The position numbers and the translations under genes were made by a program. Below the pieces are notes generated by a model. The model was given only the letters and a program-made list of their open reading frames with translations, was not told where the DNA came from and did no database searches. A DNA stretch of 64,000 bases, taken from the NCBI GenBank assembly GCA_965215195.1, contig CBDCDC010000001.1:1088001-1152000 (forward strand), in the 5' to 3' direction. This document shows, one piece after another, positions 48,559 to 58,840 of the stretch. The stretch's first letter is position 1; the number at the start of each line of letters is the position of its first letter. This DNA is from Candidatus Latescibacterota bacterium (GTDB taxonomy: Bacteria; Latescibacterota; UBA2968; UBA8231).

Positions 48559-50445
48559 GTGTTAACGTTGTACGATCCCGCAGTGCAAAAGCAAACGTTG
48601 CCCTTGCTCCCCATCACCTTGCTGGGGGTAGCTGTCGATCTGTGGCTGCGGCCGACGCTCGACTTGCGGCCGACGCAGTGGGCGTGGTGGGGGCTGTCGG
48701 TGGCGTTTTCGCTGGCGATGTGGCAGGCCCTTTTCGCGCTCAGCAGCCGGTTGCGCCCGCGCTGGCAAACCGCGTTTGTCGGCGTCGTCGGCTTGGTGGT
48801 CGCCGCGCTGGCCGTGGTGTGGCTTGGCTTCCACGAGGTGTTTTACTGCTGGCCGACAGCTTACGCGCTCGTGCATTCGGCTGGCCATCCACGCGAGGCT
48901 TGGGGGTATATCTGCAATGCGGCCGATTGGGGAGACGCGGTCGTCTGGGTGGCGGTGGTGGTTTTTGTCGTGGGCTGGTGGTGCTACAAGCTGCGCCCGG
49001 GCCGCCAGTTAGCGCCCGGCCGAGTCTTCCGGCCTCACTATTGGGGCCGCATGTTGGCCGCCCTGTGCTTGGCCGGGGTGGTGGCTTTTGGCGCGGTGCA
49101 TCGCCACGCGAGCATCATGGTGCCGGATGCAGCGGCCGCAAAGCTGGCCATTGACCTTGCCGTCCACGCGCTCGTCGGCGGGGTACACGGGCGTTTGTTG
49201 CAGGCGAGCCGCCCGGCGGCGGGTGCAATCTACAGCGGTGCGCCCGTGGATGCGAGTGCGCCCAATCTCATCGTGGTGATCGGGGAAAGCGTCGCGCCCG
49301 GCCGCATGGAGCTCTACGGGTACGGGCGGCCAACCACGCCCCGGCTGGCGGCGTTGCGCAAGGCGCGGCCAGCGGATTGGGTGCAGATGGAAAAGGCCGT
49401 GTCCAATGCCACGGCGACCAAGGTGGCGCTGCCGGCCATGCTGAGCGGGCTGTTCCCGTCGCGCCCGCCCGTGGAGCAGCACACCTTCCCGCTGCTGTGG
49501 CACTACGCCCACGCGGCCGGCTACCAGACCGCGCTGATCTCGGCGCAGAGCTACGCGTGGAACAATCTCGAAGGCTTTTTCGTGGATGACGCGCTGGACC
49601 ACGTGTTTACGCTGGAGCGCTCGGACGCGCCCGTCGTCAACTCCGAAGGCATGGACGACCGCCGGATGATGGCCGAGACCCTCGCAACCATCGACCGCTT
49701 TGCCGCACGCGGCCCGTTTGTGGTGGCCCTGCAATTCAACTGCACGCATTATCCGGGCTACGCGCCGCCGGACTGGCAGCCGTGGCCGGACGCGAGCTAC
49801 GACAATGCAGTGGCCTATATGGATCACCTGCTCGGACGGCTGTTCGACCACCTCGCCGCACAGGACCTAGCGGCGAATACGATGGTGCTCTTTGCAGCCG
49901 ATCACGGCGAAGATCTCGACGGCGTCCACAAACTCCACCGCACGGATTCGTATTACCAGACCGCGATTGCCGTGCCGTTTTTTGCCGTCGTGCCCGAGCG
50001 ACAGCGGCGGCGGCTAGGGATCCGCTTCGATCAGTGGCGTCAGAACGCACGGGTGCGCGTCGCGCTCGCGGACTTGGTGCCGACCGCGCTGGACCTCCTC
50101 GGGCTGTGCGCGGATTCCTTGGTCGGCGCGTGGCAGGAGCGCCTAGACGGCCGTTCGCTCCTGCGTCCGCTCGCTAACGAGCGCCTGATCGTGGTGGTCA
50201 ACACGGACGAACACGTGCAGTGGTCGCGCAAAGGCTACGCAGTCGTGGCCGACGACTGGAAGTACATCAACTATAGCTGGCGCGGCACCATGCTGTTCAA
50301 CTTGGCGACCGACGCGCTGGAGCAGCGCGATTTGCTGGCCGGGGGCGCATCCGCGCTGAGTCGGGCCGGTCAGCGGCACCTGCGCCGCGTACGCGCCTTG
50401 GTCGCCAAGACGCCGGTGCTGGCCGACATCCATGTGGAGTACTGA
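48559..50445 (+). CDS. EptA/LtaS-like membrane phosphoform transferase (alkaline phosphatase superfamily)
   Basis: about 5 TM, then PNLIVVIGES, LYGYGRPTTP, SNATAT (Thr nucleophile position), TH, YDNAV, ADHGE. Confidence 0.78.
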   Translation: MLTLYDPAVQKQTLPLLPITLLGVAVDLWLRPTLDLRPTQWAWWGLSVAFSLAMWQALFALSSRLRPRWQTAFVGVVGLVVAALAVVWLGFHEVFYCWPTAYALVHSAGHPREAWGYICNAADWGDAVVWVAVVVFVVGWWCYKLRPGRQLAPGRVFRPHYWGRMLAALCLAGVVAFGAVHRHASIMVPDAAAAKLAIDLAVHALVGGVHGRLLQASRPAAGAIYSGAPVDASAPNLIVVIGESVAPGRMELYGYGRPTTPRLAALRKARPADWVQMEKAVSNATATKVALPAMLSGLFPSRPPVEQHTFPLLWHYAHAAGYQTALISAQSYAWNNLEGFFVDDALDHVFTLERSDAPVVNSEGMDDRRMMAETLATIDRFAARGPFVVALQFNCTHYPGYAPPDWQPWPDASYDNAVAYMDHLLGRLFDHLAAQDLAANTMVLFAADHGEDLDGVHKLHRTDSYYQTAIAVPFFAVVPERQRRRLGIRFDQWRQNARVRVALADLVPTALDLLGLCADSLVGAWQERLDGRSLLRPLANERLIVVVNTDEHVQWSRKGYAVVADDWKYINYSWRGTMLFNLATDALEQRDLLAGGASALSRAGQRHLRRVRALVAKTPVLADIHVEY

Positions 50446-50448
50446 CGC

Positions 50449-52593
50449 TTGCAGCGGTCCATCCCCGATACATTTGCCGATCATTTTGAATCTCGCTCTG
50501 AGACGCGGAGCTTGGCCGGGCGCACGGGCATCACTTGGCGCGGCTTTTGGACCGGCGCCTTTCTGAGCTTCTTTTTGGCCATTGGCGCGCCTTATGCCAA
50601 TACGGCCATGCACGCGACCTTCATGGCTTGGGACTTCAATACCCCGGGCGCGATTTTTCTTTTTCTGGTCCTCATCGGCCTGCTGAACGTCCTCTTCAAG
50701 CTGGTGGCGCGGAATGGGGTCTGGGCACTGGGGGTGGCTGTGGCCGCGCTGGTCGCCTATCTGGCCTACTACCTGCCGCTGGCGCAGATTGACGCGCTCG
50801 AACCGGGCTGGTGGTTGGCCTCCTTTTTGGTGGCCTCGGCCCTGCTCAACCTCGGCGCGGTTATGGGCGGCGGCTCGCTGGCACTCAACCGCGCCGATCT
50901 GGTGCTGGTGTACATCATGCTCTTGATGGTCTCGGCCCTGTGTACCATGGGCATGAGCCAGCAGCTACTGCCGATCATCGCCGCGTTTTCCTACTATGCC
51001 ACGCCGCAGAACCAATGGGAGGAAAAGCTGCGGGTGCTCTTTCCCGAGCGCGCCATTTTGGTTGATGACGGCGAGGACAACCGCGCCTTCTTCGAGGGAG
51101 GGGAGATCCCCTACGCGGCTTGGGTTGAGCCGCTCGTGTGGTGGGCGGTGTTGCTCAGCGCGCTCTACGTGGTGATGGTCGCGCTGGCAGTGATTTTGCG
51201 GCGGCAGTGGATGGACCGCGAGCGGCTGGCCTACCCGATTACCCAAGTTGGGCGGGCCATGGTGCAGGGGGAGGGCCAGGGATTGCTCAACCGCTTTTTT
51301 ACCAGCCGGGCGATGTGGTACGGCTGCGCCATCCCCATGTTTTTCGGTTCGCTCAAGGCCCTGCACCACTACGAGCCGGCCCTGTCCAGCGTCAATTTGA
51401 GCTGGAGTGTGCCCTACGTGGGCAGCCAGACGCTGCAACTGCGGGTCATCTTCGCCCTCATTGGCTTTTCCTATCTGATCAACACCAGCATTTCCGCCGG
51501 GCTGTGGGTGTTCCAGCTAATCGCTAAGGCCGAGTCCGAGGCCCTGATCCTGATGGGGATCGTCTCAAAGCAGAAGTTCGTCTATGGGATTGCCGGGCAG
51601 CCCTATCTGGCCTATCAGGGGGGTGGGGCACTTATAGCGATGGTAGTGGTTGGGCTGTGGGTGGGACGGGAGCACCTTGGCGGGGTGTTCCGCAAGGCAT
51701 TTGGGGGAGGGCGCGACGTGGATGATGGCGGCGAAATCACCACCTATCGCGGTGCGGTCTGTAGCTTGCTAATCGGCGTCGGGGTCATGGTGGGATGGCT
51801 GTGGCTGATGGGGGTGCCTTTATGGGTGGCGGCGGTGTTTATAGGGTTGGCCCTGTTGATCTTTATCGGGATCAGTCGGGTGGTGGCCGAGGCCGGGTTG
51901 GCGGCCGTGCGCTCGCCCATGATCGCGCCGGACCTGATGATCCACGGGCTGGGAGCCAATCTGGTCGGCACCAGCGGGGTGTTCAATCTGTCGCTGGCCT
52001 ATATCTGGTGCGCCGACATCCGCATCTTCGTCATGGCGCTTTTGGCCAACGGGCTGAAGCTGGTTGAGGACTTGGACCGCCGGAGTCGTCGGCTGGTGCT
52101 GTGGGGGGTGTATCTGGCGATCTTGATCGGTGCGCTCGGCTCGTGCTGGATGGTGCTGCAAATGGCCTATCGCCACGGCGGAATCAATTTGGTGGAGTGG
52201 TTTTTCAAGGGCGGACCTTCAACCGTGTACAACTACGCGGTGCGCGGGTTGGAGCCGGCCGGCGTAGCTTGGGATGGGTTGGGCTTTTTCGCCGGGGGTG
52301 GCGTCGCGATGCTCCTGCTGATGTGGGCGCGGCAGCACGTGCTGTGGTGGCCTTTGCACCCGCTGGGCTTTGTGGTCGCGGCCAATCACCTGATGGACAA
52401 GATCTGGTTCAGCGTCTTCATCGCTTGGGCGATCAAGCGATTTGTGCTGCGCTTGGGCGGGCCGGCAATTTACGCGGCGAGTGTGCGTTTTTTCTTAGGG
52501 CTGATTATGGGCGAGACCCTGTGCAACGGCCTCTGGGTCGTCATCGACTACTTTACCGGCAAGACCGGCAACAAGGTCTTTATCATCGGCTGA
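50449..52593 (+). CDS. polytopic membrane protein (DUF6785/DUF6784-like putative transporter)
   Basis: GITWRGF, LRRQWMDRERLAYPI, RVVAEAG, WWPLHPLG, FFLGLIMGE. Confidence 0.75.
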   Translation: MQRSIPDTFADHFESRSETRSLAGRTGITWRGFWTGAFLSFFLAIGAPYANTAMHATFMAWDFNTPGAIFLFLVLIGLLNVLFKLVARNGVWALGVAVAALVAYLAYYLPLAQIDALEPGWWLASFLVASALLNLGAVMGGGSLALNRADLVLVYIMLLMVSALCTMGMSQQLLPIIAAFSYYATPQNQWEEKLRVLFPERAILVDDGEDNRAFFEGGEIPYAAWVEPLVWWAVLLSALYVVMVALAVILRRQWMDRERLAYPITQVGRAMVQGEGQGLLNRFFTSRAMWYGCAIPMFFGSLKALHHYEPALSSVNLSWSVPYVGSQTLQLRVIFALIGFSYLINTSISAGLWVFQLIAKAESEALILMGIVSKQKFVYGIAGQPYLAYQGGGALIAMVVVGLWVGREHLGGVFRKAFGGGRDVDDGGEITTYRGAVCSLLIGVGVMVGWLWLMGVPLWVAAVFIGLALLIFIGISRVVAEAGLAAVRSPMIAPDLMIHGLGANLVGTSGVFNLSLAYIWCADIRIFVMALLANGLKLVEDLDRRSRRLVLWGVYLAILIGALGSCWMVLQMAYRHGGINLVEWFFKGGPSTVYNYAVRGLEPAGVAWDGLGFFAGGGVAMLLLMWARQHVLWWPLHPLGFVVAANHLMDKIWFSVFIAWAIKRFVLRLGGPAIYAASVRFFLGLIMGETLCNGLWVVIDYFTGKTGNKVFIIG

Positions 52594-52609
52594 ATAAAGG
52601 AGAGGTGTT

Positions 52610-53335
52610 GTGATTGACCAAGCGCTTATTTTGGCGGCCGGGCACGGCTCGCGCTTGCGCGACCACGTTCCGGTAGCGCACAAAGCTCTAGTGCAAATAG
52701 AAGGCGAACCCCTGTTGGTGCGCACCTGCCGGCTGCTGGAGCAAAGCGGCCTGCGGGAGGTCGTGGTGGTCACCGGGCATTGCGGCGCGGATGTGCGTGC
52801 AGCCCTGAAAGGGGCGAGCGGTCTGGGGGTCGGCCGGCGATTTGTGGAGAATCCACAATGGAAGCTAGCCAACGGGATTTCGCTGTTGGCAGCGACCGAG
52901 GTGCTCGCCGAGAAGTACCTATTGCTGATGGCCGATCATCTCTTCGACCCGGCGATGATCGCTGCGATGCGCGACGTTGCCCTCGCGCCCGGCGAGGTCG
53001 TCTTAGCGGTGGATCGCAAATTGGACGCGATCTACGACATGGACGACGCCACAAAGGTGCGGCTCAGAGGCGAGCGCATCGCGGCGATTGGCAAGGACCT
53101 AAGGGATTTCAACGGCATTGACACCGGCCTGTTCGCTTGCAGCGACGCGCTGGTGGCGCGTCTCAGGGAAGTGGAAGCGCGTCGGGGCGATTGCAGCTTG
53201 ACCGCTGGGATGCGGCTGCTGATAGAGTGCGGCCGGTTGCGCGCTTTGGACATTGGCGCGGCTTGGTGGCAGGACGTGGATACGCCTGGGGCGCTGGCGC
53301 ACGGCGTCCGGCTGCTGCGGGAGCACGGGGGTTAA
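52610..53335 (+). CDS. NTP transferase (inositol-1-P/choline-P cytidylyltransferase-like)
   Basis: ALILAAGHGSRL...HK, NGISL, MADHLF, DDATKV, IDTGLF, WQDVDTP. Confidence 0.85.
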   Translation: MIDQALILAAGHGSRLRDHVPVAHKALVQIEGEPLLVRTCRLLEQSGLREVVVVTGHCGADVRAALKGASGLGVGRRFVENPQWKLANGISLLAATEVLAEKYLLLMADHLFDPAMIAAMRDVALAPGEVVLAVDRKLDAIYDMDDATKVRLRGERIAAIGKDLRDFNGIDTGLFACSDALVARLREVEARRGDCSLTAGMRLLIECGRLRALDIGAAWWQDVDTPGALAHGVRLLREHGG

Positions 53336-53395
53336 GGCGATAAATCGGCATGGGTTCCGGTTTGAAAGCGTCATCGCCGGCCGCGGAGACGACCG

Positions 53396-53632
53396 CTATT
53401 GGCCCTCGGCGGGCGCACTCTTGCTCTGCTTGCGTTTGTTTTTGCGGCGGTACAGCACGTAAAAGGGGTACGAGGCGACGAGGGCAGCCGCGATGACCAC
53501 GGCGGCGACCCAGCCGAACATGCTGCCGATTGCGCCGATGATGATGATGGGGCCGATGTAGGCGTGGGCCGCGCTGCTGCACAGGAGCAGGAGCGCACAG
53601 GAGAGGCTAATTTTCGAGAAATGGCAGGGCAT
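53396..53632 (-). CDS. small exported/membrane protein (AHAYIGP type)
   Basis: signal peptide AHA-YIGP, one TM, basic tail; overlaps end of the ASST gene. Confidence 0.6.
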   Translation of the reverse strand: MPCHFSKISLSCALLLLCSSAAHAYIGPIIIIGAIGSMFGWVAAVVIAAALVASYPFYVLYRRKNKRKQSKSAPAEGQ

Positions 53633-54926
53633 CTTGGGGTATCCTCTGGGCTTGGGTCATCATGCCGCGCAGGGGCTTGCCTTGGTATTCGGCGCGGTCT
53701 GGATTGTAGTATTCCCACGCGATTTGGCCGGCTGGCGTGACTTCGAGCAAGCGGCCGCGTTGCGATTCGGTGATGAGGGTATTGCCGTTGGGCAGCCGCT
53801 GTTGGGCACCGCGGATCCAACTGTCGAACAGGTGGTCCGGGCTGGTGCCCTTGTACTCCCAGTAAATTTCGTGCGTAAATAGATCGATTTCCAGTACGCG
53901 GCTTTGGCCGAAAGGGTGGCCGCGCAGACCTTGGTTGTCGAAGAGCAGCACGCGGCCGTTGGGCAGGAAGTCGGGGTCGTGCTGCTGTTTCCAAATTCCT
54001 TCTCCATACCAAATCACTTGTTGCTCAATGGGATCGACGATGATGAGGGCGTTGGGGTTGCGCAGGGAGATGAGCAGGTCACCGGCTTTGACGCGCGGAA
54101 CGCGGGCGGCCCAAGCCGGCGGGATGAGGCGAATGGCGTTGGTGTGGGTGACTTCGCTGTGGCGGGTGGTCTGATAGCGGTCGAACACGCTGCGGTACGG
54201 CGAGTTTTTCAGGGCGCGGAAGATGGAAAAGCGCCGCTTCTCTCGGCCGGTTGCTTCGTCGATGACCACGGCAAAATCCTCGATGTACGGAGGTTGGATG
54301 TTGCCGATGGGCGCGGTGCCGATTTCTTGGACGAGGGCGTAGATGTTGCCCTCGCCGTCGAGGTCGAAGTCGTGGTGGGCGGTGCCGGTGTATTTCCAGA
54401 TGACCTGTGAGTTTTTGTCGAGTTTGACGAGGCCGTAGCCGTAGGGGTAGTGGTTGACGTAGTCGTGGTTGGCGAGCAGGTCGCCGTTGGGGTACAGGTG
54501 GGTGCGGTGCCAGTGCAGCATGTCGGGCTGCTGGGGGAAGGCGGCGAAATCGTCTTCGTCAAAGGCTTCGACAAAGTCGCATTGCCACTGGTGGACGACA
54601 TTGCCGAGCGAGTCCATGAGCACGGCGGCCGTGGCGTTTTTGGACACGAGCGTCAGCCCGGGCTGCATGGCATCGGCCTTGTGGATGATGGCCCCGGACG
54701 GCGCGCTGGCGTCTTCAAACCACATGGTGCTGGTGAATTGGTTTTTGGTGTCGGTGAGGTCTTCGTACAGATAGGCGAGATGGCCGTAGGCGTTGACCGC
54801 GTGGATGCGGATGTCGGGAGCGGGGGCGAGGTGGAAGATGGCCGACACCACGCCGTAGATGAAGGCGAGGAATAGGAGGCAGCAGATGAGGGTGGCGATG
54901 TAGGCTTTGTGGAGGAAGGACGACAT
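53607..54926 (-). CDS. arylsulfotransferase (ASST)-like beta-propeller
   Basis: AHHDF, THTNAI, LLISLRN, QQHDP, LLFDN, GAQQRLPNGNTLITES..GRLLEV. Confidence 0.85.
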   Translation of the reverse strand: MSSFLHKAYIATLICCLLFLAFIYGVVSAIFHLAPAPDIRIHAVNAYGHLAYLYEDLTDTKNQFTSTMWFEDASAPSGAIIHKADAMQPGLTLVSKNATAAVLMDSLGNVVHQWQCDFVEAFDEDDFAAFPQQPDMLHWHRTHLYPNGDLLANHDYVNHYPYGYGLVKLDKNSQVIWKYTGTAHHDFDLDGEGNIYALVQEIGTAPIGNIQPPYIEDFAVVIDEATGREKRRFSIFRALKNSPYRSVFDRYQTTRHSEVTHTNAIRLIPPAWAARVPRVKAGDLLISLRNPNALIIVDPIEQQVIWYGEGIWKQQHDPDFLPNGRVLLFDNQGLRGHPFGQSRVLEIDLFTHEIYWEYKGTSPDHLFDSWIRGAQQRLPNGNTLITESQRGRLLEVTPAGQIAWEYYNPDRAEYQGKPLRGMMTQAQRIPQDALPFLEN

Positions 54927-54929
54927 GGG

Positions 54930-55922
54930 CTAGCGCTGGGGGGTGCTGACGAGGACGGTGGAGGGGGATACGCCGAAATTTTCGAGGAGCCAACAGGCAG
55001 TACTCTTTAAGTTTTTGTGGTTGGTTTGCAACCATAGCTCCCCGACTTTTCGCTTTTTTCTGAACGGTTTGCCGGTAGAGTGAACTGGTTCAGTGTGTAA
55101 AAGGTAGTTTTGGAAATTTTTTGCTTTTACTGGGCAATTTTGCGCTGAAATTTTGCCCGTTTCAATCAAGTGCTGAGCAGCGTTGACCAATATATCGGTC
55201 CAATACACGAGATGTTCTTTATTTGAATTCGGAAATTTGATGTATGCCGGAGGCTTCTGACCGGCGGGACCTACTTCTAACGATGTCAGCGGCCCCCAAT
55301 CGCCGTTATTGGACAGCTCAGCGACCTTCTGTCCGCTGCTGGTTGACGATAGCTTAGGCGGCGCAGGCTCCGGTTGATTCGTCGATGATTCGACTTGTGC
55401 GATTTTTTCTATCAGTACGGGCGTCGTCGCTTCCCGCGGCGGCTCGCCACTCGCCAAATTAGGCCGCCATAGACGTAAAGCCTGCAACGCACAAGCGTAA
55501 GGCTCGTCTCGCGTCAATTGGAAGTCCATCAGGATTCGATCGTCGAGCTGGCCTCTCTCAAACACGTCGAACATCTGCCAATGGTCTCCGTTCGTGACGA
55601 CCATGTAGTCAATCCCATCCGTGTTAGCGTAGTTGAGTACCTGCATCATCACGTCGTCATTCAGCGGAGTGCCCAGGGATTTAGCCTCGATCACGGCTAT
55701 TGGTCGTCCACTTCCCATCAGCGCGTAGTCAGCCCACTTTCGCTTGATCCCGTATTCGAGTTCGACGGAATCGGGGTCTCCAACATCCCAGCCCAGCGTG
55801 CGAATCATGGGATCGATAAGCACCTGCCGCGTCCGCGTCTCATTGCCTGCCAAGTATGCGCGATGCGCCTGAATGCGCTCCCGCAGCGTTTCTATGGTTT
55901 CTTTTAGATCGTCTAATGCCAT
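54930..55922 (-). CDS. HsdR_N-like PD-(D/E)xK nuclease domain protein
   Basis: NETRTRQVLIDPM..LGWD, ADYAL, IEAK, QVLNYA, VTNGDHW; linker and uncharacterised C-terminal domain. Confidence 0.8.
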   Translation of the reverse strand: MALDDLKETIETLRERIQAHRAYLAGNETRTRQVLIDPMIRTLGWDVGDPDSVELEYGIKRKWADYALMGSGRPIAVIEAKSLGTPLNDDVMMQVLNYANTDGIDYMVVTNGDHWQMFDVFERGQLDDRILMDFQLTRDEPYACALQALRLWRPNLASGEPPREATTPVLIEKIAQVESSTNQPEPAPPKLSSTSSGQKVAELSNNGDWGPLTSLEVGPAGQKPPAYIKFPNSNKEHLVYWTDILVNAAQHLIETGKISAQNCPVKAKNFQNYLLHTEPVHSTGKPFRKKRKVGELWLQTNHKNLKSTACWLLENFGVSPSTVLVSTPQR

Positions 55923-55963
55923 TGGGATAGTTCCTTTGCGGATGGGCGTTGCGCTATTTCCAC

Positions 55964-56209
55964 TCAATTGTTGGCTTCCGGGACGCGCCGGCTGGCGTTG
56001 AGGATCGTCAGGCCAATCACTTGGCCTTGCTCGTAGCGGATGATCACGTCATCGTCGGTCAGTTCGCTATCGTCGGCGTGGCTGGGCTTTTTGAAGTTCA
56101 CGTATAACACGTCGGCTTCGGCGTCATAGGAAGACCATAGATACTGCTTGGGGGAATGCTTTACCGCGGGAATCAGGGATACGTATTGCTCAACCGTTAC
56201 AGAGGCCAT
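55964..56209 (-). CDS. DUF2283 family protein (antitoxin-like)
   Basis: YDAEADVLYVNF...DDVIIRY...IGLTILNAS. Confidence 0.85.
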   Translation of the reverse strand: MASVTVEQYVSLIPAVKHSPKQYLWSSYDAEADVLYVNFKKPSHADDSELTDDDVIIRYEQGQVIGLTILNASRRVPEANN

Positions 56210-56460
56210 ACTTGCGTTCTCCTATCTTCCTCCACGTCATAGTCGGCGATCTGGACTTGGCGGCGGGAGAGGAGCGCCAGAAATGCGCGATAGGAGAGGC
56301 CCAACAGTTCGGCTCCTTTGCGAATGGAGATGCACTTTTGGCGGAAAAGATCTAGGACCACGGCTTCTTTCATTTCAGTAGAGGCCGTGGCCTCGTCTAG
56401 CCAGAGGCCCTCGACCAAGGACTGGGGAAATTCCAAGGATAGTTTGATCGTGTCTGTCAA
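56197..56460 (-). CDS. UPF0175 family antitoxin-like protein
   Basis: LFRQKCISIRKGAELLGLSYRAFL..L. Confidence 0.8.
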   Translation of the reverse strand: MTDTIKLSLEFPQSLVEGLWLDEATASTEMKEAVVLDLFRQKCISIRKGAELLGLSYRAFLALLSRRQVQIADYDVEEDRRTQVWPL

Positions 56461-56522
56461 AATAGACTCCTTTGGTCTCTGTGAATAGTGAAGGCCGCGA
56501 CATGCAGGAATGGTTCCTAAAA

Positions 56523-57002
56523 TTACTCATCGCCTGTAACCTGCGTGATGGTTCCGTTCTCTACCGCCGCCTCCGATGCTAGTGCTTCTAAGAAATCCCT
56601 TGGCGAAAGAATGGGAATTCCTTGAAAATCACCCAATCCAGTGAGATGTCGGTCTCCCGAGACGATGTAATCAACCTCGGTTTCGAGAGCGCAAGCCAAA
56701 ACCATGTTGTCGTCTGGATCCGCAGCAATCAAGTTCACTTCTCTGAGACCAGGGGAGACTTCGGCCACAGCGACGATCTTATCTACGATTTCTTCTGCCT
56801 GCTCAACATTCCTTCCGCCCCTGTTGAGCAAGGCGATCATCTTTTTATACCGAATGACGCGCTGTATTTCGTCTATGAGAGGCGGAGAGAAACAAAGAAA
56901 CACTTTCCGGTCAAAGACCTGATCGAGAATGGCTCCCGGACTCCCATGAGGGTTTAGGATGGCACTGATGAATACATTGGTATCGAGCACGACCCGCGTC
57001 AT
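56523..57002 (-). CDS. PIN-domain toxin (PIN_3-like)
   Basis: VVLDTNVFISA, E, DPDDNMVLACA, DYIVSGDRHL, ILSPRDFL. Confidence 0.9.
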   Translation of the reverse strand: MTRVVLDTNVFISAILNPHGSPGAILDQVFDRKVFLCFSPPLIDEIQRVIRYKKMIALLNRGGRNVEQAEEIVDKIVAVAEVSPGLREVNLIAADPDDNMVLACALETEVDYIVSGDRHLTGLGDFQGIPILSPRDFLEALASEAAVENGTITQVTGDE

Positions 57003-57244
57003 AGGCTCTGTCTTCGCATTGCCCGTCTGGATTCGACAATCACCTGTTCGATCTCTTCGGAGGGTATATCCTTAAAGCCCATGCGAAATCGCTCCACGGC
57101 TTCGCGGACATCTTCTCGGGGCTGATCCGGCTCATCGTCTTCTATGAGAATGAAGGCCCTAACCTTGGTCGCCAAGGGTTTCCCGGTCTGTTCAAGCCGT
57201 TCAATCAGTGCGCCAATCGTGGTATTCGCTTCGGTAATTTTCAT
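56999..57244 (-). CDS. probable antitoxin of the PIN toxin
   Basis: 81 aa, ATGA overlap with the PIN gene. Confidence 0.6.
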   Translation of the reverse strand: MKITEANTTIGALIERLEQTGKPLATKVRAFILIEDDEPDQPREDVREAVERFRMGFKDIPSEEIEQVIVESRRAMRRQSL

Positions 57245-57263
57245 GATCCCCTCGTCGAAGATA

Positions 57264-57291
57264 GTAGGGAATAACGATCGTTATTCTCTAT
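57264..57291. repeat. GTAG-type palindrome (REP-like)
   Basis: GTAGGGAATAACGATCGTTATTCTCTAT with a perfect 18-bp core; related to 63657..63684. Confidence 0.75.
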
Positions 57292-57310
57292 CTTATCTTT
57301 CAATAAAGCC

Positions 57311-58399
57311 ATGAAAGCGGATTTTAATCAAACGCGGCTGATGCGTTTTTGCGGCTGGCTGGTTCACGCGCATCCGAACTTTTGGATTGACGTGGGCAAG
57401 CTGGAGACGCGGCTGCTCAAGGGCCGGCTGGCGGGCCGAGCGGTAAACGCGCCCATTTACATCACGGGCTTGGCGCGCGCCGGCACGACCCTGCTGCTAA
57501 ACATACTGGCGTCCCACCCGCGACTGACCTCGTTCAAATACTGCGATTACTACGGCGCGTTCACGCCCTTTGCGGCCGACCGCCTCTTCCGCGCCGCCGG
57601 ATTGGGCGCGGCGCGCAAACAAGAGCGAGCCCATGCCGACGGCGTGATGGTCAACGCGTACAGCCCGGAGGCCATGGAAGAAATCGTGTGGATGCAGTTT
57701 TTCGATTATTTGCACGACCCGACCGTGAACAACGCGGTCGAAAGGCAAATCAGCCACCCGGAATTTGAAGCGGTTTACGCGGCGACCTTGGCGAAGCTGC
57801 TGCTGTGCCGCAACGCCGAGCGCATCGTCTGCAAAAACAACTACAATATCACGCGGATCGCGTATTTGGCCAAGCTGTACGAGGACGCGCGTTTCGTCAT
57901 CGCCGTGCGCCATCCGGTCGCGCACATCGCGTCCATGGCGCGCCAGCACCAGCGCAACTTGGCCCACTTCTCGTCCCCGGTTCACCGCCAGTACCTGCGC
58001 AACGCCGGCCACTTCGAGTTTGGCCACGAGCGCATTCCCATCACCATCGACGCGGAGAAAACGCGGCACATCCAAACGCTGTGGGGCGAGGGGCGCGATG
58101 CCGAGGGCTGGGCTGAATACTGGAATGTGCTGTACGCTTGGACCTACGAGAAGGTGCTGCAGCACGACGCGCTCAAGACGCGCTGTTTGGTGGTGCCGTT
58201 TGAGCACTTGTGCGCGGCAGCCGAGCAAAAAATTGCGGATATTCTGGCGTTTTGCAACTTGGACGCTGATGGGGCGTGGGTGCAGGGCTGGGCCGAGCAG
58301 GTCGCGTATCAGCCCCAATACGAAGCGACATTCAGCACAGCCGAGCGCGACGCCATCATGCAAATATGCGGCGCGACCGCGAAGAATTATGGATTATGA
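57311..58399 (+). CDS. PAPS-dependent sulfotransferase
   Basis: PIYITGLARAGTT (5'-PSB loop), KNN, VRHP...IAS, VPFEHLC. Confidence 0.88.
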   Translation: MKADFNQTRLMRFCGWLVHAHPNFWIDVGKLETRLLKGRLAGRAVNAPIYITGLARAGTTLLLNILASHPRLTSFKYCDYYGAFTPFAADRLFRAAGLGAARKQERAHADGVMVNAYSPEAMEEIVWMQFFDYLHDPTVNNAVERQISHPEFEAVYAATLAKLLLCRNAERIVCKNNYNITRIAYLAKLYEDARFVIAVRHPVAHIASMARQHQRNLAHFSSPVHRQYLRNAGHFEFGHERIPITIDAEKTRHIQTLWGEGRDAEGWAEYWNVLYAWTYEKVLQHDALKTRCLVVPFEHLCAAAEQKIADILAFCNLDADGAWVQGWAEQVAYQPQYEATFSTAERDAIMQICGATAKNYGL

Positions 58400-58615
58400 C
58401 GGCGTATATTGAGTTTTACGGCGAGCCTTGATCTCGCTGATAATATCCTTTGTCCCCATGCCTTGAAACAGCCGTTCACGCCCTTCGGTATAATCGCCAT
58501 GGCCGGTTCTGAATTGGTTCAGAAAACGGATGGCGTCAACCACGCCTACTTCTCGAATCAGCACATGAGTTGCATGTTGATTGAGTTCGGCTAGAGATTG
58601 TATGCGCACACTCAT
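58394..58615 (-). CDS. small antitoxin-like protein
   Basis: LIREVGVVDAIRFLNQF..G.GDYT..R, a type that follows PIN genes. Confidence 0.7.
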   Translation of the reverse strand: MSVRIQSLAELNQHATHVLIREVGVVDAIRFLNQFRTGHGDYTEGRERLFQGMGTKDIISEIKARRKTQYTPS

Positions 58616-58730
58616 TGTAAAACCTCCGCTACAAGGCCAAGAACAGACACTACGTTGCAGCCGAGTTCAGACATCGCTCGACATTTTCGCAAAAATCAGC
58701 ACAGTTTCGAGTATGCAGAGAATATCGGCT
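58612..58730 (-). pseudogene. C-terminal remnant of a PIN toxin
   Basis: ADILC (frameshift) FLRKCRAMSELGCNVVSVLGLVAEVLQ*; stop overlaps ATG 58615. Confidence 0.45.
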
Positions 58731-58840
58731 CACGGCCTATCTCAGCAACCCTGATCTCGCCACTAACTTGAGCGGGCGAGGGAGATTGACACGAGTCTTG
58801 GACGAACTACCTTCCTCTGCCAAAAAGACGAGGTTGCCCA

